This document shows, piece after piece, positions 25,859-33,633 of a DNA stretch of 64,000 bases. The notes below the pieces were generated by a model. That model saw only the letters and a list, made by a program, of their open reading frames with translations. It was not told the DNA's origin and made no database searches. Position numbers and translations under genes: made by a program. Source of the stretch: Dehalococcoidia bacterium (lineage in GTDB: Bacteria > Chloroflexota > Dehalococcoidia > UBA2979); assembly GCA_963667465.2 (NCBI GenBank), contig CAXXDN010000001.1:160001-224000 (forward strand). Reading direction: 5' to 3'. How positions within the stretch are numbered: position 1 is the stretch's first letter; each line of letters starts with the position of its first letter.

Positions 25859-26989
25859 TCACGAGGCCGCCTCCGCCTGGGCCACCGGCCGCGCCAGCTG
25901 CCGGGGGCGGCGGCGCGTGATGCCGTGCTCGACGATCACGTAGAGCAGCACCAGCCCGATCACGTTCGGGACCAGCAGGAACACGTCTGGCCACTCGTAC
26001 ACGAGGATCAGCCCGTTCCCGAGGATCAGCGCGAACGACAGCGGCATCAGCACCTTCCAGGAGAAGGCCATCAGCTGGTCGATGCGCATCCGCGGCACGG
26101 TCACCCGCACCCAGAACACGCTGAAGATCAGCAGCCCGGTCTTCGCGCTCGTCAGCACGACCTGCCAGAGGAACCCGGCGTCCTCGCCCAGCGGCCAGGC
26201 CCAGCCACCGAGGAACACCGCCGAGGCGAGCAGGCAGAGGATGAACAGCCCCGCGTACTCCGCGAGGAAGAACATCGACCAGCGGATCCCGCTGTACTCG
26301 ACGAACGGCCCGCCGACCACCTCGGACTCCCCGATCGGGATGTCGAAGGGTGTGCGGTTCAGTTCGGCCAGCATCGCGACGTAGAAGATCGCGAACGCCA
26401 GCGGCTGCCAGACGATGTAGGGGATGTGGCCTTGCTGCCCGGTGATCTCGTTGAGGTTGAGGCTGCCGGCGACCATCGCCACGGCCAGCACCGCGAGGAT
26501 CAGCGGCACCTCGTAGGAGATGCCCTGCGCGGCCGCGCGCAGCGCGCCGATCATCGCGTAGCGGTTGTCCGAGGACCATCCCGCCATCACCCAGCCGACG
26601 ACGTTCACCGAGCTGATCGCGATCACGTAGAACAGGCCGAGCTCCAGCACCCGCACGTTCCAGTCGAACGCGAACGGGATCGCGACGAAGCCCATGAAGA
26701 CCGGGACGAACACGACGAAGACGGCGAACTCGAAGACCAGCGGGTCCGCGTTCCTCGGCCGCAGGTCTTCCTTGCCGAGCAGCTTGAGCGCGTCGGCGAG
26801 GGACTGGAGCAGGCCCAGCGGCCCGGTCCGCGTCGGGCCGAGGCGCATCTGGAAGCGTGCGATGATCTTGCGCTCGATGTAGATCAGCCCCATCACGACG
26901 ACGGTCATCATGCCGACGATCAGGAGCAGCCGGATGATCGCGTCCACCCAGACGTTGACGGTCGAGAAGCCGAACAGCTCGGTGTTCAT
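25859..26989 (-). CDS. nuoH: NADH-quinone oxidoreductase subunit H
   Basis: ERKIIARFQMRLGP, GLLQSLADALKL, ISYEVP and NRTPFD motifs; ATG 26989 overlaps the nuoD stop. Confidence 0.96.
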   Translation of the reverse strand: MNTELFGFSTVNVWVDAIIRLLLIVGMMTVVVMGLIYIERKIIARFQMRLGPTRTGPLGLLQSLADALKLLGKEDLRPRNADPLVFEFAVFVVFVPVFMGFVAIPFAFDWNVRVLELGLFYVIAISSVNVVGWVMAGWSSDNRYAMIGALRAAAQGISYEVPLILAVLAVAMVAGSLNLNEITGQQGHIPYIVWQPLAFAIFYVAMLAELNRTPFDIPIGESEVVGGPFVEYSGIRWSMFFLAEYAGLFILCLLASAVFLGGWAWPLGEDAGFLWQVVLTSAKTGLLIFSVFWVRVTVPRMRIDQLMAFSWKVLMPLSFALILGNGLILVYEWPDVFLLVPNVIGLVLLYVIVEHGITRRRPRQLARPVAQAEAAS

Positions 26990-28128
26990 CGGTCGACCTC
27001 GCAGAGCACGATGTCGAGCGAGCCGAGGACGACGACCGCGTCGGCGATGTAGCCGCCGATCGTCATGTCGCGCAGCGCCTGCAGGTTGGAAAGGCAGGCG
27101 GAGCGAATCTTGAGGCGGTGCGGGCGGTTGCCGCCCTTGCTCACCAGGTAGATGCCGTACTCGCCGCGCGGCGCCTCGGTGCGCGTGTAGACCTCGCCGG
27201 GCGGGGTGCGCAGCATGCGAGGCAGCCGGTCCGGGACGATCGGCCCCGGCTCGAGCCGCTCGAGGCACTGCTCGATGATGCGGATCGACTGCCACATCTC
27301 GTTGATGCGGCACTGGAAGCGGTCGAACACGTCCCCGTGCTCACCCGTGATCACGTCGAAGTCGACCTGGTCGTAGAAGAGGTAGGGCTCGTCCTTGCGG
27401 ATGTCCATCGGCACGCCGCTGGCGCGCAGCGTCGGGCCGCTCGCGCCCCAGTCGAGCGCGTCCGCGGCACTGAGGTGGCCGACGCCCTCGGTGCGCGCGC
27501 GGAAGATCTCGTTCTGCGTCATCAGCCCGTCGAGGTCCTTGATACCGCGGCGCGAGAGCTCCAGCGTCTCGCGCACACGCGCCTCGAAGTTGCCGGGCAC
27601 CTCCCAGGCGAGGCCGCCCGCGCGGAAGTAGGCGAACATCAGGCGGTCGCCGGCGACCTCCTCGAACAGGTCCTGGATGAACTCGCGCTCGCGGAAGGCG
27701 TAGGTGAACGCCGTGCCGAAGACGCCGACGTCCGTCCCGAACGCGCCGAGGAACATGAAGTGGCTGGACAACCGGTTCAGCTCGCAGAGGATCATGCGGA
27801 TCCACTGCGCGCGCTCCGGCACCTCGAGCTCCGCGAGTTGCTCGACGGCCATCACGTAGGAGAGTTCGGCATTGAAGTTCGCCAGGTACTCGGTGCGGTC
27901 CATGTAGCCGATGCCCTGGCGGTAGTCCATCGTCTCGCAGAGCTTCTCTGCCCCGCGGTGCATGTAGCCGATGTGCGGCGTCACGTCGGTGACGAGCTCG
28001 CCGTCGATGGTCAGGACCATGCGGAAGACGCCGTGCGTCGAGGGGTGCTGCGGCCCCATGTTGATCATGATGTCCTGGGTCTCGAACTCGTGATCGAAGG
28101 TGGGGGTGTCCGGCACGGCGCTGGTCAC
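26986..28128 (-). CDS. nuoD: NADH-quinone oxidoreductase subunit D
   Basis: NMGPQHPSTHGVFR, GYMHRGAEK and C-terminal DIVLCEVDR; no NiFe CxxC motifs. Confidence 0.96.
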   Translation of the reverse strand: MTSAVPDTPTFDHEFETQDIMINMGPQHPSTHGVFRMVLTIDGELVTDVTPHIGYMHRGAEKLCETMDYRQGIGYMDRTEYLANFNAELSYVMAVEQLAELEVPERAQWIRMILCELNRLSSHFMFLGAFGTDVGVFGTAFTYAFREREFIQDLFEEVAGDRLMFAYFRAGGLAWEVPGNFEARVRETLELSRRGIKDLDGLMTQNEIFRARTEGVGHLSAADALDWGASGPTLRASGVPMDIRKDEPYLFYDQVDFDVITGEHGDVFDRFQCRINEMWQSIRIIEQCLERLEPGPIVPDRLPRMLRTPPGEVYTRTEAPRGEYGIYLVSKGGNRPHRLKIRSACLSNLQALRDMTIGGYIADAVVVLGSLDIVLCEVDR

Positions 28129-28649
28129 GGCTGCACCCCCTCGCCGTAGGCGATGCCCTCGCCCTGCAGCACCTCGATCTCGGCGAGCGGGTGCTCCTTG
28201 CGCAGCGGGAAGGTGTCGTCCATGTCGTCGGGCAGCAGCAGCGTGCGCGGGTCCGGATGGCCCTCGAAGCGTACGCCGAACATCTCCGCGGTCTCGCGCT
28301 CGAGCCAGTTGGCCGCGCGCCAGACCGTGGTCGCCGTGCCGACCGTCAGGTCGTCGTTCGGCAGCCGGGTCTTGACCGTGAGGTTGAGCTTCTGCGTGGA
28401 AGAGTAAAGGTGGTAGACGATGTCGATCCCCTCGTCCTCCCAGTCGACGCCGCTGAGGCAGCGCAGGTAGTCGAAGGCGAGGTCGGCATTGCCCCTGAGG
28501 GCGCGCAGGCCGCGGATCACCTCGTCGCGGGGGATCGTGACGATCAGGTCCTGCGCGCCGCGCTCAGGATCGGCGGTGATACCGGCGAGGCAGGCGTCGA
28601 CCTGCGGCCAGATGGTGCTCTCGAGGCCGTCCGCGTCGCCGTTCGTCAT
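28125..28649 (-). CDS. nuoC: NADH-quinone oxidoreductase subunit C
   Basis: [21 protein letters not shown] and FPLRK motifs; ATG at 28649. Confidence 0.93.
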   Translation of the reverse strand: MTNGDADGLESTIWPQVDACLAGITADPERGAQDLIVTIPRDEVIRGLRALRGNADLAFDYLRCLSGVDWEDEGIDIVYHLYSSTQKLNLTVKTRLPNDDLTVGTATTVWRAANWLERETAEMFGVRFEGHPDPRTLLLPDDMDDTFPLRKEHPLAEIEVLQGEGIAYGEGVQP

Positions 28650-29281
28650 CGGCCGGTCGCTCCGCGCTCCTCCATGATCTTCTCCTGGAGGGCCACGAAG
28701 CCGTCGAGCAGCGCCTCCGGCCGCGGCGGGCAGCCGGGCACGTAGACGTCCACCGGCACGATCTTGTCGACGCCCTGCAGCACGCGGTCGTAACGGGTGT
28801 AGGGGCCGCCGTTGGTGGCGCAGGCGCCCATCGAGATCACCCACTTGGGATTCGGCATCTGCTCGTAAAGCAGCTTCACCGCCGGCGCCATCTTCTTCGT
28901 CACCGTCCCGGCGACGATCATCACGTCCGACTGGCGCGGCGAGGGCCACGGCACGATCCCGAAGCGATCGAGGTCGTAGTGCGACATGTAGGTCGCGATC
29001 ATCTCGATCGCGCAGCAGGCGAGGCCGAACGTCATCGGCCACAGCGAGGACTTGCGGGCGGCGGCGATCACGAGGTCCGCCGGAGCCTGCATCACGCCCG
29101 GCAGCACGATCTTGTAGAGCGCCTTGCCCGGGGTCGCCTCGACGGGGGTGAGCCTCGGCAGCTCCGCCGGGTGCTCCTGCGGGGGCGAGTACGGCATCAG
29201 TGGCAGCGGCGCGACCTCGGGCCGTGTCGCTGGGGGAGCGGTGGTGGTTTCGGTGGTTCCGGTCGCCGGTCCTACCGCCAT
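28646..29281 (-). CDS. nuoB: NADH-quinone oxidoreductase subunit B
   Basis: [20 protein letters not shown] and [13 protein letters not shown] motifs. Confidence 0.96.
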   Translation of the reverse strand: MAVGPATGTTETTTAPPATRPEVAPLPLMPYSPPQEHPAELPRLTPVEATPGKALYKIVLPGVMQAPADLVIAAARKSSLWPMTFGLACCAIEMIATYMSHYDLDRFGIVPWPSPRQSDVMIVAGTVTKKMAPAVKLLYEQMPNPKWVISMGACATNGGPYTRYDRVLQGVDKIVPVDVYVPGCPPRPEALLDGFVALQEKIMEERGATGR

Positions 29282-29637
29282 TGGAGCGCTCCCTTCTTCC
29301 AGGCGTACGCGAAGCCGACGCCCAGGATGCCCACGAAGAGCAGCATCTCGAAGTATGCCTGCGGCCCCACGTCCACGAAGGAGAGCGCCCACGGGAAGAT
29401 GAAGACCGCCTCGACGTCGAAGATGATAAAGAGGATGGCGTACAGGTAGAAGCGCATGCCCACGTTGGTGCTGGTGCGCCGCACGGGCAGCATGCCGCAC
29501 TCGTAGGTCGTGGCCTTGTGCCGCTCGTTGGAGAAGGGGGCGATCAGGCGGGCGCCGATGAGGGCGGTGATGACGAGAACGAAGCCCACGCCTGTCGCGA
29601 GGAGCACGGCCAGATAGTTGTTGAACAGCGCGTCCAA
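29272..29637 (-). CDS. nuoA: NADH-quinone oxidoreductase subunit A
   Basis: [15 protein letters not shown] and WKKGALQW motifs; probable TTG start at 29637. Confidence 0.94.
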   Translation of the reverse strand: MDALFNNYLAVLLATGVGFVLVITALIGARLIAPFSNERHKATTYECGMLPVRRTSTNVGMRFYLYAILFIIFDVEAVFIFPWALSFVDVGPQAYFEMLLFVGILGVGFAYAWKKGALQWR

Positions 29638-29751
29638 TGCCTTGTCCCAGCCGCGTGTGCCGGCGCTGGCCGCCACCTGCTGCGGGGCGGATCGAGGCCC
29701 TGCGGCAACGTAGCAGCGGCCCCCCGCATGGTCAACGCAGACGGGGTGCGC

Positions 29752-30147
29752 TCAGGCCAGCCGCTCGATCCCCGGAGCGAGGTCGAAACCGCGGTCGAAG
29801 CTCAGGATGCGGTTGGTTCCCGCCTTCCGCATCACAGCCAGGTGCAGGGCGTCTCGCGCTGAGATCCCGTCCACGGCACCGATGATGTCCCGCGCCACCC
29901 GAATCTCGGACATCCCGAAGTCCAGCACATCGTCCGCTATTCCATCGAGGCTCTCGAAGGCGGCGTCAATCGCAGCAGGCCGCTTAATCGCCGTGTAGCG
30001 ATGGAGTATCTCCTGGTACACCTCAACATCGGTGATGAGCTGTTCGCGGTCGCTCACGAGCCGCGTGAGGATCGCGGAGGCACGATCCTTGTACGGGTGG
30101 GCAGCGCCGACGAGGTACATGGGAACGTTCGAGTCGACGAAGATCAA
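29752..30147 (-). CDS. vapC: PIN-domain toxin (VapC family)
   Basis: IFVDSNVPMY, EVYQEI, RDALHLA and SFDRGFD PIN acidic motifs. Confidence 0.92.
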   Translation of the reverse strand: MIFVDSNVPMYLVGAAHPYKDRASAILTRLVSDREQLITDVEVYQEILHRYTAIKRPAAIDAAFESLDGIADDVLDFGMSEIRVARDIIGAVDGISARDALHLAVMRKAGTNRILSFDRGFDLAPGIERLA

Positions 30148-30389
30148 TCGAGGCGCTGCCCTGCCGCGATCTCCTCAAGCATGTCGTCGATATCGGCCGT
30201 TGGGAACTCGTGCTGAGTTGCCTTCGCAATGGCGCGCAGCTTGGCGTCGACCGTTCCTTGACGGTCTGCCCGAGCCTGCCGCAGCGCTTGCCGAACCCAC
30301 TCCGCGAGCGTCATGCGCTGCCTCCGGGCCACGCCCTGGATTTCGAGATACTCTTCCTCGTCAAGCAGCACCTGTAGTCGCTTTGCCAT
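30144..30389 (-). CDS. RHH antitoxin (VapB-like)
   Basis: MAKRLQVLLDEEEY...TLAEWVRQAL...FPTADID; overlaps the vapC start by 4 nt. Confidence 0.85.
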   Translation of the reverse strand: MAKRLQVLLDEEEYLEIQGVARRQRMTLAEWVRQALRQARADRQGTVDAKLRAIAKATQHEFPTADIDDMLEEIAAGQRLD

Positions 30390-30395
30390 ATCAGC

Positions 30396-30425
30396 AGTAT
30401 GATTGACTCATCCGCGATGAGTCAA
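30396..30425 (-). promoter_or_regulatory. vapBC promoter with palindromic operator
   Basis: Perfect inverted repeat TTGACTCATC-CGC-GATGAGTCAA (30403-30425) containing the -35 TTGACT; -10 CATACT 6 nt before the antitoxin ATG. Confidence 0.75.
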
Positions 30426-30448
30426 CCGCCCGGAGCCGAGCACCTGAG

Positions 30449-30877
30449 ATGACTCTGCTCGCACTCCGCCTCCTCACCCTCGCAGCCCTCGCGCTCGCCG
30501 CGGGAGCGGCACTGCTCGCGTGCGGCACCGAGGGCGAGCCCTGCCCCGAGGGCAGCGAGCGCTCCGCCGAGTACCCAGCTTCTGCTCGACCGCAGCACGC
30601 CCGGCGGCGGCAAGGTCAGCGAGGAAGAGTGGGCCGCCTTCCTCGCCGACACCGTGACACCGCGCTTCCCGGACGGGCTGACGGTGCTCGACGCCGCGGG
30701 CCAGTGGCGCGACTCGACGGGGCCGTCCAGCGCGAACGCGCGAAGGTACTGAGGATCCTTACCCCGCCCGGCGACAAGGCGCGGCGGCTGATCGACGAGA
30801 TCTCCGGGGAGTACGAGCGGCGCTTCCAGCAGGAGCCGGTGCTGCGCAGCCTCGGCGCCACCTGCACCTCGTTCTCG
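30449..30877 (+). pseudogene. DUF3574-family lipoprotein with two compensating frameshifts
   Basis: Family core VSEEEWAAFLADTVTPRFPDGLTVLDAAGQW lies in the +1 frame between about 30576 and 30715; the flanking signal peptide (LLAC) and YERRFQQEPVL...CTSF are in the main frame. Confidence 0.7.
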
Positions 30878-30902
30878 CAGGAAACTCAGGCTCGTAGCGC
30901 CC

Positions 30903-32528
30903 TCAGACCAGGCCGCGCACCTCGCCGCCGGGGCCGAGGTCGAAGCCGAGCGCGTTCGGCTGCGCGGGCAGCCCGGGCAGCGTGATGATCGGCCCCGCGA
31001 GCGCGATGATCTGCCGCGCGCCCGCCGCCACCCGCAGCTCGACAATCGGGAATGTGTGCCCGGTCGGGACCCCCCGGCGGTCCTGGAACGCCGAGAGCGA
31101 GAGGTGCGTCTTCGCGACGCAGATCGGGAAGTCCCAGCCGTTCCGCTCGAAGCGGCGGGCCGTCGTGCGGGTGAGCGGGCCCCAGCTCACCCCGTCGGCT
31201 CGATAAATCTCGCGCGCGAGCGTCTCGATCTTCCCGAACACGCCCGCGTCGTCCTCGTAGAGCAGCCGCACCTGCGAGGGTTGCTCGACCGCCGAGGCGA
31301 CGGCCTCGGCCAGCTCGGTCATACCCGCGCCGCCCTCGCTGAAGCCCTTCGCCTCGACGGCAGCCAGCGCGCCCGCCTCGAGGGCGACACGCTGCGCGAT
31401 CGCGATCTCCTCCGGGGTGTCGGCCGGGTAGCGGTTGATCGCAACGACGGCGGGCAGGCCGTAGCCGCGGACGACACCGATCGCGTTGCGCAGGTTGGCG
31501 GCGCCCTCCTCGACGGCCTTCGTGTCGGGCTCGCCGAGGGCGTCCCGCCCCACGCCGCCGTGCCAGCGCAGCCCGCGGATCGTGGCGACGACGACCGCCG
31601 CCGCGGGCTCCGGGCCGCCCTGGCGGATCTTGATGTCCATGAACTTCTCGAAGCCGAGGTCGACACCGAAGCCCGCCTCGGTGACCGCGAGCTCGCCTGT
31701 GGCCAGCGCCAGCCGGTCGGCGATGATCGAGGAACAGCCGTGCGCGATGTTGCCGAAGGGCCCGGAGTGCACGATCGCCGGTTGGCCCTCGGCGGTCTGC
31801 ACCAGGTTCGGCTTCAGCGCGTCCTTGAGCAGCACCATCATCGCGCCGACACAGTTCAGTTCGGCGGCGCGCACGGGCCGGTCGTCCTCGGTCCAGCCGA
31901 CGACGATCTCGGAGAGGCGCAGCCGCAGGTCGTCGTAGTCCGAGGCGAGCGCGACGATGGCCATGATCTCCGACGACGCCGAGATGTCGAACCCGGTGTC
32001 GCGCAGCGGCCCGTCGGCGCGTCCGCCGACGCCGGTCACGATCCGTCGCAGCGCGCGGTCCTCGGCGTCCGTCACCCGCCGCCAGGTGATGCCACCGGGG
32101 GCGAAGCCGTCGATCAGCCGGGAGCGCGCCGCGTTGTCGGCCATCGCTGCGAGGAAGTTGTGCGCGGACTGGATCGCGTGGAAGTCGCCGGTGAAGTGCA
32201 GGTTGATGTCCGCCGCCGGCTCGACAGTCGCCAGTCCACCGCCGGAACCGCCGCCCTTCATGCCGAAGAGCGGCCCCAGCGAGGGTTGCCGAATCGCGAG
32301 CACGGCGCGTTTCCCGATCTTCGCGAGCCCGTCCGTGAGCCCGATCGAGGTGGTGGTCTTGCCCTCGCCGGCCGGCGTCGGCGTGATCGCCGTGACAACG
32401 ACCAGCTTCCCGGAGGCGCCGCCCTGCGGGATCGCCTCCAGCGGCACCTTCACCTTGTCGCGGCCGTACGGCTCGATCGCCTCCCAATCGAGGCCGAGCT
32501 GCCCGACCACCTCGCGCATCGCGCGCAC
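30903..32528 (-). CDS. fhs: Formate--tetrahydrofolate ligase
   Basis: TAITPTPAGEGKTT, KGGGSGGG, INLHFTGDFHAI, GPFGNIAHG, TEAGFG and CVAKTHLSLS; GTG 32528 after AGGGAGG. Confidence 0.96.
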   Translation of the reverse strand: MRAMREVVGQLGLDWEAIEPYGRDKVKVPLEAIPQGGASGKLVVVTAITPTPAGEGKTTTSIGLTDGLAKIGKRAVLAIRQPSLGPLFGMKGGGSGGGLATVEPAADINLHFTGDFHAIQSAHNFLAAMADNAARSRLIDGFAPGGITWRRVTDAEDRALRRIVTGVGGRADGPLRDTGFDISASSEIMAIVALASDYDDLRLRLSEIVVGWTEDDRPVRAAELNCVGAMMVLLKDALKPNLVQTAEGQPAIVHSGPFGNIAHGCSSIIADRLALATGELAVTEAGFGVDLGFEKFMDIKIRQGGPEPAAAVVVATIRGLRWHGGVGRDALGEPDTKAVEEGAANLRNAIGVVRGYGLPAVVAINRYPADTPEEIAIAQRVALEAGALAAVEAKGFSEGGAGMTELAEAVASAVEQPSQVRLLYEDDAGVFGKIETLAREIYRADGVSWGPLTRTTARRFERNGWDFPICVAKTHLSLSAFQDRRGVPTGHTFPIVELRVAAGARQIIALAGPIITLPGLPAQPNALGFDLGPGGEVRGLV

Positions 32529-32613
32529 GGCGACCTCCCTGATAGTACCTACCCCTGTGGAGGGTACCGGATCGCGCATGCGACCCGCCGTAACGCCTGG
32601 AGATCGCTGCCCG

Positions 32614-33573
32614 CTAGCCCCGGCCCACCGCCTCGTCGATGCGCGCCAGCAACTCCGCATCCAGGGGGCCGCGCGCCTCGGCGTCGGCGCACTCGCGCAA
32701 CTCCTCGCGGTTCTTGACGCCCAGCACGACGGTCGAGACGCCCGGCATCGAGAGCGCGTAGCGGTGCGCGAGCGCGGCCGGCGACTCGCCGAGCTCGCGC
32801 GCGAGGTGGCGGAACGGCGCGGCGCGATCGAAGTCGGCCGCGTCGCCGTGCCCTTCAGGCAAATCGCGGTCGATCGCGTCGGTGAGGGCGCCGGCCTGCA
32901 CGGCGCGGATGCCCATCACAGCGACGCCCGCCTCGCCAGCCGCGGCGATCACCTCGCGCGGGCGCAGCGCGCCTTCGAAGCGCTGGATCGCCCCCGCCGA
33001 GTCGAGGAGGTTGGCGATGCACTGCACCGCGCCGGGCGGCGTTGCGGAGCGGAGCGTCGCAATCACGGCGTCGGGCACGCCGATGCCCGTGATGCCCCAC
33101 GCGCCCGCCAGCCCCTCCGCCACCAGGCCCTCCAGCGCCGGCCGCACGGCCTCCTCGAAGAGTGTGAGCGGCGTGCCCAGGTAGCGATCGGCGTCGGCAG
33201 CGGCGACGAGCAGGTTGTGCACGATGAACACGTCGACACGATCGAGGCGCAGCCGCGCGAGACTCTCCGTGAGGCTCGAGCGCAGCAGGTCCGCCACCTC
33301 CGAGGCCGGCGGCGCGCCGACGCGGCACTTGGTCGAGACGCGCACGCCGCCCGGGAGCCGCCCGCCGAACGCCTCGCCGATGACTCGCTCCGCCTCCCCG
33401 TCGCCGTAAGTCGGCGCGACGTCGAGCAGGGTGATGCCGAGCTCGATCGCCTCGCGCGTCGTGGCGACGCACTCCTCGCAGGTCGTCGCGCCCCAGACCT
33501 GGCCAATCCCCCCGCCGCCGAGGGTGAGCGCGCTCACGTCGTATCCGAGGCTGCCGAACGCACGTTGCTCCAT
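32614..33573 (-). CDS. Aldo/keto reductase
   Basis: LLDVAPTYG, VSTKC, SLARLRLDRVDVFIVHN and LGVKNREEL motifs. Confidence 0.9.
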   Translation of the reverse strand: MEQRAFGSLGYDVSALTLGGGGIGQVWGATTCEECVATTREAIELGITLLDVAPTYGDGEAERVIGEAFGGRLPGGVRVSTKCRVGAPPASEVADLLRSSLTESLARLRLDRVDVFIVHNLLVAAADADRYLGTPLTLFEEAVRPALEGLVAEGLAGAWGITGIGVPDAVIATLRSATPPGAVQCIANLLDSAGAIQRFEGALRPREVIAAAGEAGVAVMGIRAVQAGALTDAIDRDLPEGHGDAADFDRAAPFRHLARELGESPAALAHRYALSMPGVSTVVLGVKNREELRECADAEARGPLDAELLARIDEAVGRG

Positions 33574-33633
33574 GCCGCGAGCGTAGCGCCCGCGCTTGCG
33601 GCGAGACAATGGGGCAGTGGAGACGCGCTGGCG

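Noticed and set aside
26986-29281. Group 4 NiFe hydrogenase
   Set aside because: The large subunit lacks both CxxC nickel motifs and has NuoD quinone-site motifs.
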